Shown here piece by piece: positions 49,201 to 58,168 of a stretch of DNA of 62,430 nt. Where the stretch lies: the NCBI GenBank assembly GCA_030631415.1, contig DAOVLE010000001.1, positions 1-62,430 on the forward strand, in the 5' to 3' direction. The position numbers were made by a program, and so were the translations under genes. Source of the stretch: Phycisphaerales bacterium. Lineage in GTDB: Bacteria > Planctomycetota > Phycisphaerae > UBA1845. Position 1 is the first letter of the stretch, and each line of letters opens with the position of its first letter. The notes below the pieces were generated by a model that saw only the letters and a program-made list of their open reading frames with translations, made no database searches and was not told the origin of the DNA.

Positions 49201-49988
49201 TGCTTAGGTATCCTGGTGGAAAATTTAAGGCGCGGCATGTTTTGCACGATCTGGCTCCGGTCAAGTATTCGGAATATCGGGAGCCCTTTCTCGGGGGCGC
49301 GGGGATTCTCTGGAAAGTCCCCGCCAACAAACGGATTTGGATCAGCGATGCAAACCCCATCATCCCCAAATACTGGTCGGCGCTGCGCGATGATGACGGA
49401 TTCATTGACAGGCAAGTCGAGTTTGCCGCGTGGTCGAAGACCTTAACGGAAGACGAGAAACTCGCCGCATTCGAGAGCGCGAAGGAGCCTTACGCGCTGC
49501 GCGATTGTCCGTTTGCGTTTTGGGTATTGAATCGTTGGTCTGTCAGCGCGGTTGTCTCCAAGGATCGGGGCGGCATTGCTAGTTTCTCCCCCACATTTGG
49601 CCGCGACGGAATGGATACCGCGAATCGCCCCCGCCTTGAGGGTATGCGAGATTTTCTGTCCCGCCCCAATCTAGCAATAACTACAGGGGATTACCTCCCG
49701 ATGCTTGAAGCGCCTGGCGAAGATTGTTGGGTATTTCTGGATCCTCCATATCCGATGAAGTCGGCGATTTACGAGTATCATTGGGAATGGAAACAACAAG
49801 AGGAATTGGCTCATCACCTGCGCCGATGCAAACACAAATGGTTGTTGACCAATGCCAATTGCCCGCGCATTCGTGAATTGTATCGCGGATTCCATATTCG
49901 CGAGCGGCGGTATACCGGATCAATGCTTCATAAGAAGCGGGGTAAAGATTGGCAATTCAAGACAGAGCTAATCATTACCAATTATTAA
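49200..49988 (+). CDS. Dam-family (D12 class) N6-adenine DNA methyltransferase, no cognate endonuclease seen
   Basis: MLRYPGGKFK N-terminus and motif IV FLDPPYP. GAGGAGG lies upstream of the ATG. Confidence 0.85.
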   Translation: MLRYPGGKFKARHVLHDLAPVKYSEYREPFLGGAGILWKVPANKRIWISDANPIIPKYWSALRDDDGFIDRQVEFAAWSKTLTEDEKLAAFESAKEPYALRDCPFAFWVLNRWSVSAVVSKDRGGIASFSPTFGRDGMDTANRPRLEGMRDFLSRPNLAITTGDYLPMLEAPGEDCWVFLDPPYPMKSAIYEYHWEWKQQEELAHHLRRCKHKWLLTNANCPRIRELYRGFHIRERRYTGSMLHKKRGKDWQFKTELIITNY

Positions 49989-50160
49989 GGAGAAAGACCA
50001 GATGCTTCTGCTCCACAATGGTAGCACTCTAGTAGTGACACAACTTTGAGGCATTTGCAGGGCATCGGAAAAGAGATCAATTGACTCGGGATTACGTCAC
50101 CAGCAACTACTGTCCTGACAAAAGTTTTTCAGAATGTCCAAGGGATTGCTCCTGGAACGT

Positions 50161-50168
50161 TGTATAAT
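50161..50168 (+). promoter_or_regulatory. extended -10 promoter element TGTATAAT
   Basis: A perfect TGnTATAAT in a stretch that looks AT-rich, about 380 nt upstream of the next start codon. I saw no good -35. Confidence 0.35.
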
Positions 50169-50549
50169 AGAGAGTGAAAGGGTAAATCCCTTCGGCATCA
50201 CGATCACGCAATAATTAGTATTTGAAATACCTTTCACACTTGCCTGTGATTTTCGCCGAGGGGGTCATGGGCATTCTTTATGGCCACTGAATGTGCAGCG
50301 TAACCGAGGGGTATCTAACGGCGGTTACCTATTCCTGCACGGGTCGTGGGGTAAACTCCAACCGACCTAATAAACATTTGGAGTAAACGTGGCGGGGCAG
50401 CCATACTCCGCATCGGAACAACTGAATACTCGCAACGTCTATGGGCTGTAGGCGTATGCTCCCCTTACATCTTCTGTTTGTGTGCACCGGGGGATCAGCG
50501 AAACGCCTCCTCCGAACGGAAGGTGTTTCCTCCAGGGAGGGAGAGAACA

Positions 50550-51134
50550 ATGAAAGACATTATTGTCTACCGTTTTGGCGTTACAAAATACAGAATTATC
50601 GAAACCCTCAAGAACGTTCCCTTGAATGGTGTTTTCAATCATGTTTCTGTGCAACAGGTCATCCTGAAAAGCATGGAGCTTAGAAAACTGAAGGTTTTGA
50701 TAGCGGATATTCAGTCAGAAGAGGGAACAGAATACAGACATCATTGGTTTCAATCCAAAATACTTATTGAAAAGAATGTTCGACGTGGCCAAGTATTGAA
50801 CTTTCGTGCTGATATCCGACTGCTACAGAAATGTAGGAAAAGTGTCAACGAAGGTTTCAAAGGCCGCGAGCGTCTTACTGAAGTATTCAATATTCAAAAC
50901 CTTGAAATATCGGATGAAGTAGCAAAAGGAAGAACCACTCAATGTAAAGAGCCGGAGTTGCTGGACTACACAGAATTGGACCTGCACAGGAATTGGGCTC
51001 TGATAACCAACTCACTGGAAGAGGCGGGAATGCAGCGAGAGCTTGAAAGAGTAATTCGAGACCAGGAGCGCGAACTATTGAAAGACAGAGAGTACGAAGT
51101 TCTAGCAAGGACAAGAGCCAGAGCGAGTAATTGA
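50550..51134 (+). CDS. hypothetical 194-aa protein in an apparently low-GC insert
   Basis: The start MKDIIVYRFGVTKY follows GGGAGGGAG. Codon usage is A/T-rich, unlike the rest of the window. The C-terminal half is charged. Confidence 0.5.
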   Translation: MKDIIVYRFGVTKYRIIETLKNVPLNGVFNHVSVQQVILKSMELRKLKVLIADIQSEEGTEYRHHWFQSKILIEKNVRRGQVLNFRADIRLLQKCRKSVNEGFKGRERLTEVFNIQNLEISDEVAKGRTTQCKEPELLDYTELDLHRNWALITNSLEEAGMQRELERVIRDQERELLKDREYEVLARTRARASN

Positions 51135-51250
51135 GCAGTGTCCGCTTCACTTTCTGGGAGCCGCGCCCTATAGTCTCTTGGCAATTCCGAGCATTAGACG
51201 CGAAGTGAGGTTCGGAATGGGAAAGGCAACTTCGCGACGGGAGAGTAGCC

Positions 51251-51424
51251 ATGAATGATGCGCGGGAAGTGGCCAAGGACACCTTGCCGAGTGCTAAGAG
51301 TGAAGACAAGGAGGAAAGTAGATTAGGTGTCTGGTGTGATCAGCAGCGGCAAGCTTATAGGGACGACCGTCTAAGTAAGGAACAAATCAGGCTGTTACAG
51401 TCAATCCCCGACTGGCATTGGTGA
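51251..51424 (+). CDS. 57-aa protein consisting of one helicase-associated (HA) type repeat
   Basis: SRLGVWCDQQRQAYRDDRLSKEQIRLLQSIPDWHW matches the LG.W...QR..Y....L...R...L..I.GW.W pattern of HA domains. It is below the ORF-track cutoff. Confidence 0.4.
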   Translation: MNDAREVAKDTLPSAKSEDKEESRLGVWCDQQRQAYRDDRLSKEQIRLLQSIPDWHW

Positions 51425-51730
51425 ATAATCGGTGCCGAAGAGAGTATTGGGCCTGAAAAATTCAGGAAACGTCTAGATTGCCGCATTGTCCCCAGCGCCA
51501 GGACGCGGGGACGCATGGGCACGACCGATCTCCGAACAAATCGGTGCCCAGAATCCTTGAAAGCCTTATGTCTTCTGTGCGAGACACGCCAAAGCCTTAC
51601 AATAAAACTCCGCATATTCCCCTGGCCGACCACCACAGGCGCTTCCGGCGTCCGCCGAGCGGCATCGAAGGGCGTCAGATTTCCTGCACCGAATTGTCAA
51701 ATCGATTTGCGCGAATCCGACTTCCGTGAT

Positions 51731-51943
51731 ATGGTGTCCTCGATGCTCTACTTTGCCTACGGGTCCAACCTGAACCTTGTCCACTTGGCGGCATGCCTCG
51801 CCAGCCACGGCAATCATCCCGATGACGTGGAGAATCCCCAACGTGCGATTCTGCCCGGCCATGACCGGAGTTGCGTGCCTGAAAGCAGGCGTGCGCTTCG
51901 TTGGCATCGAAGCCAACAGTGCGTCGAGTGGGTAAGAAACTGA
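51731..51943 (+). pseudogene. gamma-glutamylcyclotransferase (AIG2/GGCT)-like fragment, probably frameshifted
   Basis: MVSSMLYFAYGSNLNLVHL carries the YGSNL N-terminal GGCT signature. The reading frame decays after about 45 codons. Confidence 0.35.
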
Positions 51944-52119
51944 CTCTGGCAAGCTGCACCCACATGGCTGCTGATCGCATCCAATGTGCTTCGCAGATCA
52001 GTCATCATCTCGCCGTCACATCGACTGACGGGAATGCCACTACTTGACATTAGAAGCGCTTCATTCCCGCGAAGTATTTTTCAGAATCGATTTGCGCGAT
52101 CGGCAATCCGCTAGTATAC

Positions 52120-52908
52120 TTGAGTGTGGAAGCGATCATCAACCCCAACCGCAAAATCGGAATTGAAATCGAAGTGGTCGTGCCCATCATCGGCGTGGGA
52201 GAAAACCGTGATGTCCAACGCCTGCTTGCCGAAGTCCTCACCAACAACGGTATCCAATCCTCCTCACGCGGCTATACGAGGCAACCAGTCCCTGCTGGCA
52301 GCAAGTTTGCCATCGAGCATGACGTATCGCTACGTGACGAGTCTCGCTATGCCGGGCTTCGGTGGTCGAAGATCGAAGCCAAGACGGCTCCGATGACCTG
52401 GGACGAGATTGAGCAAGTCTTGCCCCCTGCCCTCGACATCATCAAGTACGTGGGCGCTCGTGCCAACTACAGTTGCGGGTTGCACGTCCACCACCATCTG
52501 CCCGAGGCTGAGCAGCGCCCCGAAGTGGTCCGCAACTTGCAACATCTTTGGTGGCGGTTTCATCCGGTGATGTACGGCCTGGTCGCCCCCTCTCGCAAGA
52601 GCAACCAGTATTGCTACGCCCCTCAGCAAGCTGACGCCACTCAGTACGACGCATGCACTTCGTTTTCGAGGCTGTGCGGTCTGCTCCAGCAGGTTAGTCG
52701 CTTCAACGGACTCAACCTGACCAACCTCGGCGACTCAGGTCGGCTGACCGTCGAGTGGAGGCTCCACGGCGGCACAACCGATTGGGACAAGATCAAGGCG
52801 TGGAACCGTGGAAGAACGCAAGGCGAAACTCAGGACGTTGAACCACGACCTGTCCGGGGCATACGGAATCTTCGAGCCCGCACTGATTTTCGACCGCATC
52901 GACGGTAA
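52120..52908 (+). CDS. amidoligase-family (glutamine-synthetase-like COOH-NH2 ligase) protein
   Basis: KIGIEIEVVVP, SCGLHVHHH and LTVEWRLHGGTTDWDKIKAW match the conserved blocks of the Amidoligase_2 family. It has a non-ATG start (TTG at 52120 or GTG at 52126). Confidence 0.65.
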   Translation: MSVEAIINPNRKIGIEIEVVVPIIGVGENRDVQRLLAEVLTNNGIQSSSRGYTRQPVPAGSKFAIEHDVSLRDESRYAGLRWSKIEAKTAPMTWDEIEQVLPPALDIIKYVGARANYSCGLHVHHHLPEAEQRPEVVRNLQHLWWRFHPVMYGLVAPSRKSNQYCYAPQQADATQYDACTSFSRLCGLLQQVSRFNGLNLTNLGDSGRLTVEWRLHGGTTDWDKIKAWNRGRTQGETQDVEPRPVRGIRNLRARTDFRPHRR

Positions 52909-53437
52909 CTCAAGCGGATCGTCGCATTACATCCCCTCCCAACGTCGGATCGTCATCGTCGGCAAGCTGTCCGTCGTGACTTACCTCCATGAGTTTGCCC
53001 ATGCTCTGGAGTTGGACGAACGGGATGCCTGCCGGTGGTCGATCAATCTGTTCAAGCGCTGCTTCCCGAGGCACTACGGGCGCTTGGTCCACGTCGGGCA
53101 CATGCTCATCCGAGTGATCCGGCACTACGTGAGGGAAGTCCGTCCGAAGATTCGCAACGCCGAAGTCATGCATCAGTTGTTCCTGACCAAAACGGGTAGC
53201 CCTTACACGTCGAACAAGATGACCAAGAAGATGCGGATGCTGCTGAAACGATACGGCCTGGATGACAAGTCCGCTCATTCCTTTCGCCATTTCTTCTGCA
53301 CGGACTTGCTGCGTCGAGGTGTGGCGCTCCACGAAACGAAGGCGTTGATGCGCCATCGGGATGTCCGGTCAACGATGGTGTATTCCCACGCCACGGTTGA
53401 TGACCTCCGCGCCGCCGTGAATCGGCGGGTAGGGTGA
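52808..53437 (+). pseudogene. chimeric ORF: zincin-like metallopeptidase N-terminus joined to the C-terminal catalytic half of a tyrosine recombinase
   Basis: The N-terminal ~100 aa carry LHEFAHAL (HExxH). From about nt 53110 the sequence reads VIRHYVREVRPKI...SAHSFRHFFCTDLLRRGVALHETKALMRHRDVRSTMVYSH, i.e. H-x-x-R, the HxxxxxT block and the catalytic Tyr of an integrase that lacks its N-terminal half. Confidence 0.55.
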
Positions 53438-53449
53438 CGGGAGGGACCG

Positions 53450-53824
53450 GTGAACATGCAAGCCTCCGAAATACTGGAATCCGTGAGGACGTGCGTGAAT
53501 GACATGAGCCTGAAAAACGCTGCGGTCAAGAACGTTCTCGCGGAGGCAGAAAAACACGGATGGGAACGGTTGATCGCCTCGATGAGTGACGAGAACAGGG
53601 TGAAGCTGATCAGGATGTTGGCCGAGAGCAACCAAGCGACCCATGCCGTTTTGGAGAACGTCGTCAGCGTCTACGAGCGCATCATCGAAGGACTGGTCGC
53701 CATGGCCGAGCAAGAACTGGATGTCGTGATGGGCGAGAGACTTGAGCGCGCCCACCGTCAAAGGAGTTGGCTTGGGCTTTTTGCTGCCGGTGGCGTCGGA
53801 TACTTGATCGGCAAGAGGGCCTAG
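53450..53824 (+). CDS. hypothetical protein with C-terminal TM anchor
   Basis: 124 aa, helical, ending in WLGLFAAGGVGYLIGKRA. Confidence 0.45.
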   Translation: MNMQASEILESVRTCVNDMSLKNAAVKNVLAEAEKHGWERLIASMSDENRVKLIRMLAESNQATHAVLENVVSVYERIIEGLVAMAEQELDVVMGERLERAHRQRSWLGLFAAGGVGYLIGKRA

Positions 53825-53843
53825 AAGATCGGGAGGATGGACC

Positions 53844-54428
53844 ATGAGCGTCTCACGGAGTCTTGGTTTCATTGTCATCGTGTTCGCTGCGTTGATGGTT
53901 GCTTCCGCATCGATTGGGGATACCGACACTCCACAGAAAGAAGAACGCATCGCCTGGGCAAACGAGCCCGATGTTTTGGTGGGCCTGAAGGCGGTCAACC
54001 TGCACATCGGCTTTCGTGGAGCTTTCAAGAATGTCAAGGTCGGAGAGCAATGGTTGACGACCAGGGTCGAGCAACGGCTACGGAAAGTAGGGTTGACCGT
54101 GCTCACGGACGAGGAGGCGGTCTCGGAAGAAACGCCCACCATGCTGACGATCCTGATCGATTGCCGGGGGATCGAAGGGCAGGGGAACCGACAGCAGGCA
54201 AGTTCTGACGGTGTCATGTACCTGGCCAGGATCACGTTGGATGACATCGTCGTACCTTACCGTGACGACCAGTCAGTGATCCTTGGCGCGACTACCTGGA
54301 GTCGAAGGCATTTTGGCCATGCTGGAGCAACGGAACTAGCCTCGAAGTCGATGGACGCCGCGCTGGCCTTGGTGGACGAGTTCTGCCTGGATTTCGCAAG
54401 GGCGAGGCGCTCGCCAGCGGCTCCTTGA
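53844..54428 (+). CDS. secreted hypothetical protein
   Basis: Signal peptide MSVSRSLGFIVIVFAALMVASASIG. The 292-aa antisense ORF is S/T/P-rich junk. Confidence 0.5.
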   Translation: MSVSRSLGFIVIVFAALMVASASIGDTDTPQKEERIAWANEPDVLVGLKAVNLHIGFRGAFKNVKVGEQWLTTRVEQRLRKVGLTVLTDEEAVSEETPTMLTILIDCRGIEGQGNRQQASSDGVMYLARITLDDIVVPYRDDQSVILGATTWSRRHFGHAGATELASKSMDAALALVDEFCLDFARARRSPAAP

Positions 54429-54580
54429 GGAATCGTCGAGACCAGCCCCGTCCGCCAGTGTTTCTAGATTGTATCGCAACGGCAAATCTGCTATCTTGTG
54501 GGTTGCTGCAAGAACTGCGGGAGCGAGAGAGTCGGCAGATGGTCTGTCGGCTCTTTGTCAGTTTTACGGAGGGTAGGTCA

Positions 54581-55411
54581 ATGTTCCGGTGGATTGTGTC
54601 GAGCTTTATCGTGCTTGCGTGTTCTGCGAGTGATGTACGAGCGTCTGTTGCGGGCAATGCTCTTTACTTTGATGGCGTGGACGACCTTGTTCGCATACCG
54701 GATGCCCCGCATCTTCGTTTCGACAACCAGCAGTCGTTTACCATCGAAGGCTGGTTCAACCTGATGGGAGCCATAAATGATGGACGAAAGCTGATCTCCA
54801 AGCGAGATAGCTCCACCACCGTCGCCATGATCGACATTCGTATCGACGAATCTGGCCCCGTCCTAGCCAAGTACCGAGATACCGCAGGAGTGGTTGAAAT
54901 AATCGGAGGCGGCAGCACTGTCCAAATGGACAACTGGTATCACTTTGCCGTGCGTAAGGACGCTGATTCTGATACATGGAGCATGTTTATCAACGGCGAC
55001 TTGAAGTCCACAAAGCCAACACTCCTTGGCGACATGACGCCATATGCTGATCTCCTGTTTGGCGAAACTGAATACCCGGCAGACGTTAACTTCGTCGGTG
55101 TGATGGACGAGGTGCGTATCTGGGGCAGCGCCAGAACTGATTCGGAGATTGCTCAGCATTATGATCAGATCATTGGCGACCCGCACAGCCAGCCAGACCT
55201 CGTGGGGTATTGGAACTTTGACGAACTACCTGACGACCAGCAAGTCCTCGACTCATCCTCGTTTGAGCATTTTGGATCGCTTGGAAATACGCTCGTCGTC
55301 GGGGTTGACGACCCGATTCGGATTGTCTCAACTGCTCCACTCGTTCCCGAGCCATCAACAGCGCTGCTGTTTGGCGTGGCAAGCATAGCCGCCCTGAGAC
55401 GACGACGGTGA
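54581..55411 (+). CDS. LamG/concanavalin-A-like lectin domain protein with PEP-CTERM anchor
   Basis: Start MFRWIVSSFIVLACSA (signal peptide). LamG-type blocks NALYFDGVDDLVRIPD, SFTIEGWFN, WYHFAV and DEVRIW. The C-terminus is VPEPSTALLFGVASIAALRRRR. Confidence 0.8.
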   Translation: MFRWIVSSFIVLACSASDVRASVAGNALYFDGVDDLVRIPDAPHLRFDNQQSFTIEGWFNLMGAINDGRKLISKRDSSTTVAMIDIRIDESGPVLAKYRDTAGVVEIIGGGSTVQMDNWYHFAVRKDADSDTWSMFINGDLKSTKPTLLGDMTPYADLLFGETEYPADVNFVGVMDEVRIWGSARTDSEIAQHYDQIIGDPHSQPDLVGYWNFDELPDDQQVLDSSSFEHFGSLGNTLVVGVDDPIRIVSTAPLVPEPSTALLFGVASIAALRRRR

Positions 55412-55472
55412 TGAACAATGATGAATCAGCAGGTGAACTGTCTGCTCTTGGTGTTCATGCGGAGGATAAGCG

Positions 55473-56000
55473 ATGCGTCTGAGGCTTGGCTATGTTGCGT
55501 GTCTTGTTGGTGGCTTGGTTGTGATCATGGCCGAGGTGGCGTGGGGGACGGTCGTTGCTGGACCGCTAACCTACAACGACCACGAATACTACTTGGTGGA
55601 TCAAGGTGACTCTGGATCATGGACTAATCTGGAGGCTGAGGCCGTTACGCTAGGCGGTCACTTGGTCACCATCAATGACGCCGCCGAGAATGAATGGGTG
55701 CGCTCCACCTTCCCAGCCTTCGGGCCGCATAACATGTGGATCGGACTCAATGACATTGCCAAAGAGGGTCTGTTCGAGTGGGTCAGCGGCGAACCGGTGA
55801 CGTACACGAACTGGGGGCCGGGTGAACCAGGGGCACCTGACGGCATTTCTGATTTTGTTGGGATGACATTTAGTGACGGCTTGTGGGGAGACAGGGGCTG
55901 GGGCAGCGTTCGTGGCGTTGTGGAGGTTGTCCCCGAGCCATCGACGGCAGTTCTGGTTGGGGCGGCCAGCATAGTTGCCCTTCGTAGGCGACGGACGTGA
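55473..56000 (+). CDS. C-type lectin domain protein with PEP-CTERM anchor
   Basis: SWTNLEAEAVTLGGHLVTINDAAENEWV, MWIGLND and EWVSGEPVTYTNW are C-type lectin blocks. The C-terminus is VPEPSTAVLVGAASIVALRRRR. Confidence 0.8.
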   Translation: MRLRLGYVACLVGGLVVIMAEVAWGTVVAGPLTYNDHEYYLVDQGDSGSWTNLEAEAVTLGGHLVTINDAAENEWVRSTFPAFGPHNMWIGLNDIAKEGLFEWVSGEPVTYTNWGPGEPGAPDGISDFVGMTFSDGLWGDRGWGSVRGVVEVVPEPSTAVLVGAASIVALRRRRT

Positions 56001-56059
56001 TAAACAAGAACGAGTCGGCGGAAGGTCTGTCGGCTCTTGCGAAGCGCGTTGGGCTATAG

Positions 56060-56797
56060 ATGGAGGACGAAACAATGCGAGTTTACTTGACCTTCATAAT
56101 CGCTTTTCTGACCGTGACCCGCTTTGCATTGGGCACCATTGTTATCGAACACACGGGTGCAAACGATCCAACCACGGAGGGGTGGACGCTTTCGGACGAC
56201 TCAGGTGGCTCGATTATTCATGGCCCCGTGTACGACGACCTTGGCTATATGGACGCTTGGCGGATCGATGCGTACACGAACGACGCAACAAGCAACGATC
56301 TTCTTTATCGACGTGTTCTTTCGGAAGCGAAACTCAATGACGCCGTTACGCGAGGCTGGGTTTTGACATCTCAAATCCGTTTGATTGAAGCAACGGGAGA
56401 AGGACTCAATTTGCGTTTTGCCTCGGGCACCAAGATTTATGACCTATATCTTGCAGGTAGTCCTGCAAATGCCGATCCCACTGTTACGCTCATGGGAGAC
56501 CCTCGGAGCAGTACGCTTCTGGGAGGTGGTGGAGCATATCACTCCTTTCGCATGGCCGATGAGGACGCAAACGGCTTGGCGGATGTATTCATCGACGGCC
56601 AACTAGTGTTCGCCGACTACGCGGGCAACGCATCCCAGTATCAGGGGCAGGTCCAATTCGGCGACTGGCATTCCCAACGAAAGGGGCATGCACTTTACGC
56701 CCAGGTTGGATTTGAGATTCTCCCAGAACCATCTACGGCGCTGCTGCTGGCGACCGCAAGCCTGTTCGTCCTGCGTCGGCGTCGGCGGACGAGTTGA
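56060..56797 (+). CDS. PEP-CTERM protein of unknown function
   Basis: Signal-like MRVYLTFIIAFLTVTRFALG. The C-terminus is LPEPSTALLLATASLFVLRRRRR. The start is 56060 or 56075; 56060 best matches the motif-to-ATG spacing of the neighbouring genes. Confidence 0.7.
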   Translation: MEDETMRVYLTFIIAFLTVTRFALGTIVIEHTGANDPTTEGWTLSDDSGGSIIHGPVYDDLGYMDAWRIDAYTNDATSNDLLYRRVLSEAKLNDAVTRGWVLTSQIRLIEATGEGLNLRFASGTKIYDLYLAGSPANADPTVTLMGDPRSSTLLGGGGAYHSFRMADEDANGLADVFIDGQLVFADYAGNASQYQGQVQFGDWHSQRKGHALYAQVGFEILPEPSTALLLATASLFVLRRRRRTS

Positions 56798-56852
56798 ACG
56801 AAACCGAGTCGGCAGACATCCTGTCGGCTCTTGGCATTCTTGTGGAAGCTGA

Positions 56853-57881
56853 ATGATGCGCTGGATGATACTGATTTCGATTGCGGCAGCGGTTGTACTG
56901 GCCTGCGTCTCCGGCACGTGGGCGGATGTCGTGATGGACACCGTCCCCGTTGGTAACTCCGGGAACACTGGCGAGCTATCTGGAGGGGGTGTCTACGCCC
57001 CGAATCGCATATGCGGCGCGGTCGACTACGGATACAACATTGGTAAGCACGAGGTGACGGCAGGGCAATACACTGAGTTCCTCAACGCTGTGGCGGCCAG
57101 CGACCCGTATGGGCTGTACAATTCGAGCATGACCAATCCCTATGGCTGCCAGATTCAACGGAACGGCTTGCCCGGCACCTACAGCTACTCCATTGCGACG
57201 GACTGGGCGAATCGTCCAGTGAACTACGTCTCGTGGGGCGATGCGGCCCGGTTTGCCAACTGGATGCACAACGGCCAGGGCAGCGGTGACACCGAGGACG
57301 GCTCGTACTTCCTCAACGGTACAACGAGTATCGAAGCTCTGCTGGCCATCACGCGTGAGGCGGACGCTACGTGGGCGATTCCCACCGAGGACGAATGGTA
57401 CAAGGCGGCATATCACAAGAACGATGGTGTGACGGGCAACTACTGGGGCTGGCCGACAGGAACGGACGCGGTGCCGAGTAACGACGTTCTCACGCCCGAT
57501 CCGGGAAACAACGCCAACTTCTGGCAGGGCGACTATACGGTCGGGAGTCCCTACTGGACGACCGAGGTCGGCGAGTTCGAGAACAGCGACAGCCCTTACG
57601 GCACGTTCGACCAAGGCGGGAACTTATGGGAATGGAACGAAACGGTCGTGGCCTATGTTTGGGGGGAACAGCACGGCATGCGCGGCGGGTCATTCGGCGG
57701 AAACCCCTCCCATGTCGGGTTCCTGCACGCGATGGCTCGCGCCGCCAGTCTCACGGACGGTTTCCCATCCGGGGAGGCTGGCCATCTCGGATTCCGTGTC
57801 GCCTCGATTCCAGAGCCCGCCACCCTCTCCTTGTTGGCCCTCAGCGGCCTGTTCGTCCTGCGTCGGCGTCGGGTGACGTAG
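56853..57881 (+). CDS. SUMF1/FGE-sulfatase-domain protein with PEP-CTERM anchor
   Basis: HEVTAGQYTEFLNAV, RPVNYVSWGDAARFANWM and MRGGSF are FGE-domain blocks. The C-terminus is IPEPATLSLLALSGLFVLRRRR. Confidence 0.8.
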   Translation: MMRWMILISIAAAVVLACVSGTWADVVMDTVPVGNSGNTGELSGGGVYAPNRICGAVDYGYNIGKHEVTAGQYTEFLNAVAASDPYGLYNSSMTNPYGCQIQRNGLPGTYSYSIATDWANRPVNYVSWGDAARFANWMHNGQGSGDTEDGSYFLNGTTSIEALLAITREADATWAIPTEDEWYKAAYHKNDGVTGNYWGWPTGTDAVPSNDVLTPDPGNNANFWQGDYTVGSPYWTTEVGEFENSDSPYGTFDQGGNLWEWNETVVAYVWGEQHGMRGGSFGGNPSHVGFLHAMARAASLTDGFPSGEAGHLGFRVASIPEPATLSLLALSGLFVLRRRRVT

Positions 57882-58045
57882 CTGCTCATCACCATGCACA
57901 ACACTCAGCCGAGCAGGTAGCGTCACGGGGGCGGTTCATCGTGACTTCTTTGCCCGTGTATGGGCACGCTCCCGCAATCGTCTGAACGAGCCTCGGAGAC
58001 CTTGGGCTGCGAACCCGGACTTGGAGCAGGGGGAGTTGGGAAGCA

Positions 58046-58068
58046 AACCGCCAGTAAACCGCCAGTAG
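58046..58068 (+). promoter_or_regulatory. tandem AACCGCCAGTA x2 (candidate integrase arm-type site, right arm)
   Basis: Identical to 46640-46662 and in the same orientation. Confidence 0.5.
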
Positions 58069-58124
58069 CGGTTTCACAAGTCACGCATTAGCAGTAGGTT
58101 AGGCGAATGTTAGGTTCTTTGCCA

Positions 58125-58168
58125 GCTTCCCAAGCTGGACGTCGTCGGTTCGAATCCGATCGCCCGCT
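58125..58168 (+). repeat. att repeat 2: tRNA-Gly(CCC) 3' fragment
   Basis: 44/44 identical to 46474-46517. No 5' tRNA half lies upstream. Confidence 0.85.

Noticed and set aside
54529-54557. Reading the PEP-CTERM upstream motif as a sigma-54 (-24 GG / -12 GC) promoter.
   Set aside because: The GG-to-GC spacing in TCGGCTCTTGC is about 7 nt instead of the required ~11 nt. The motif also ends only ~20 nt before the ATG.
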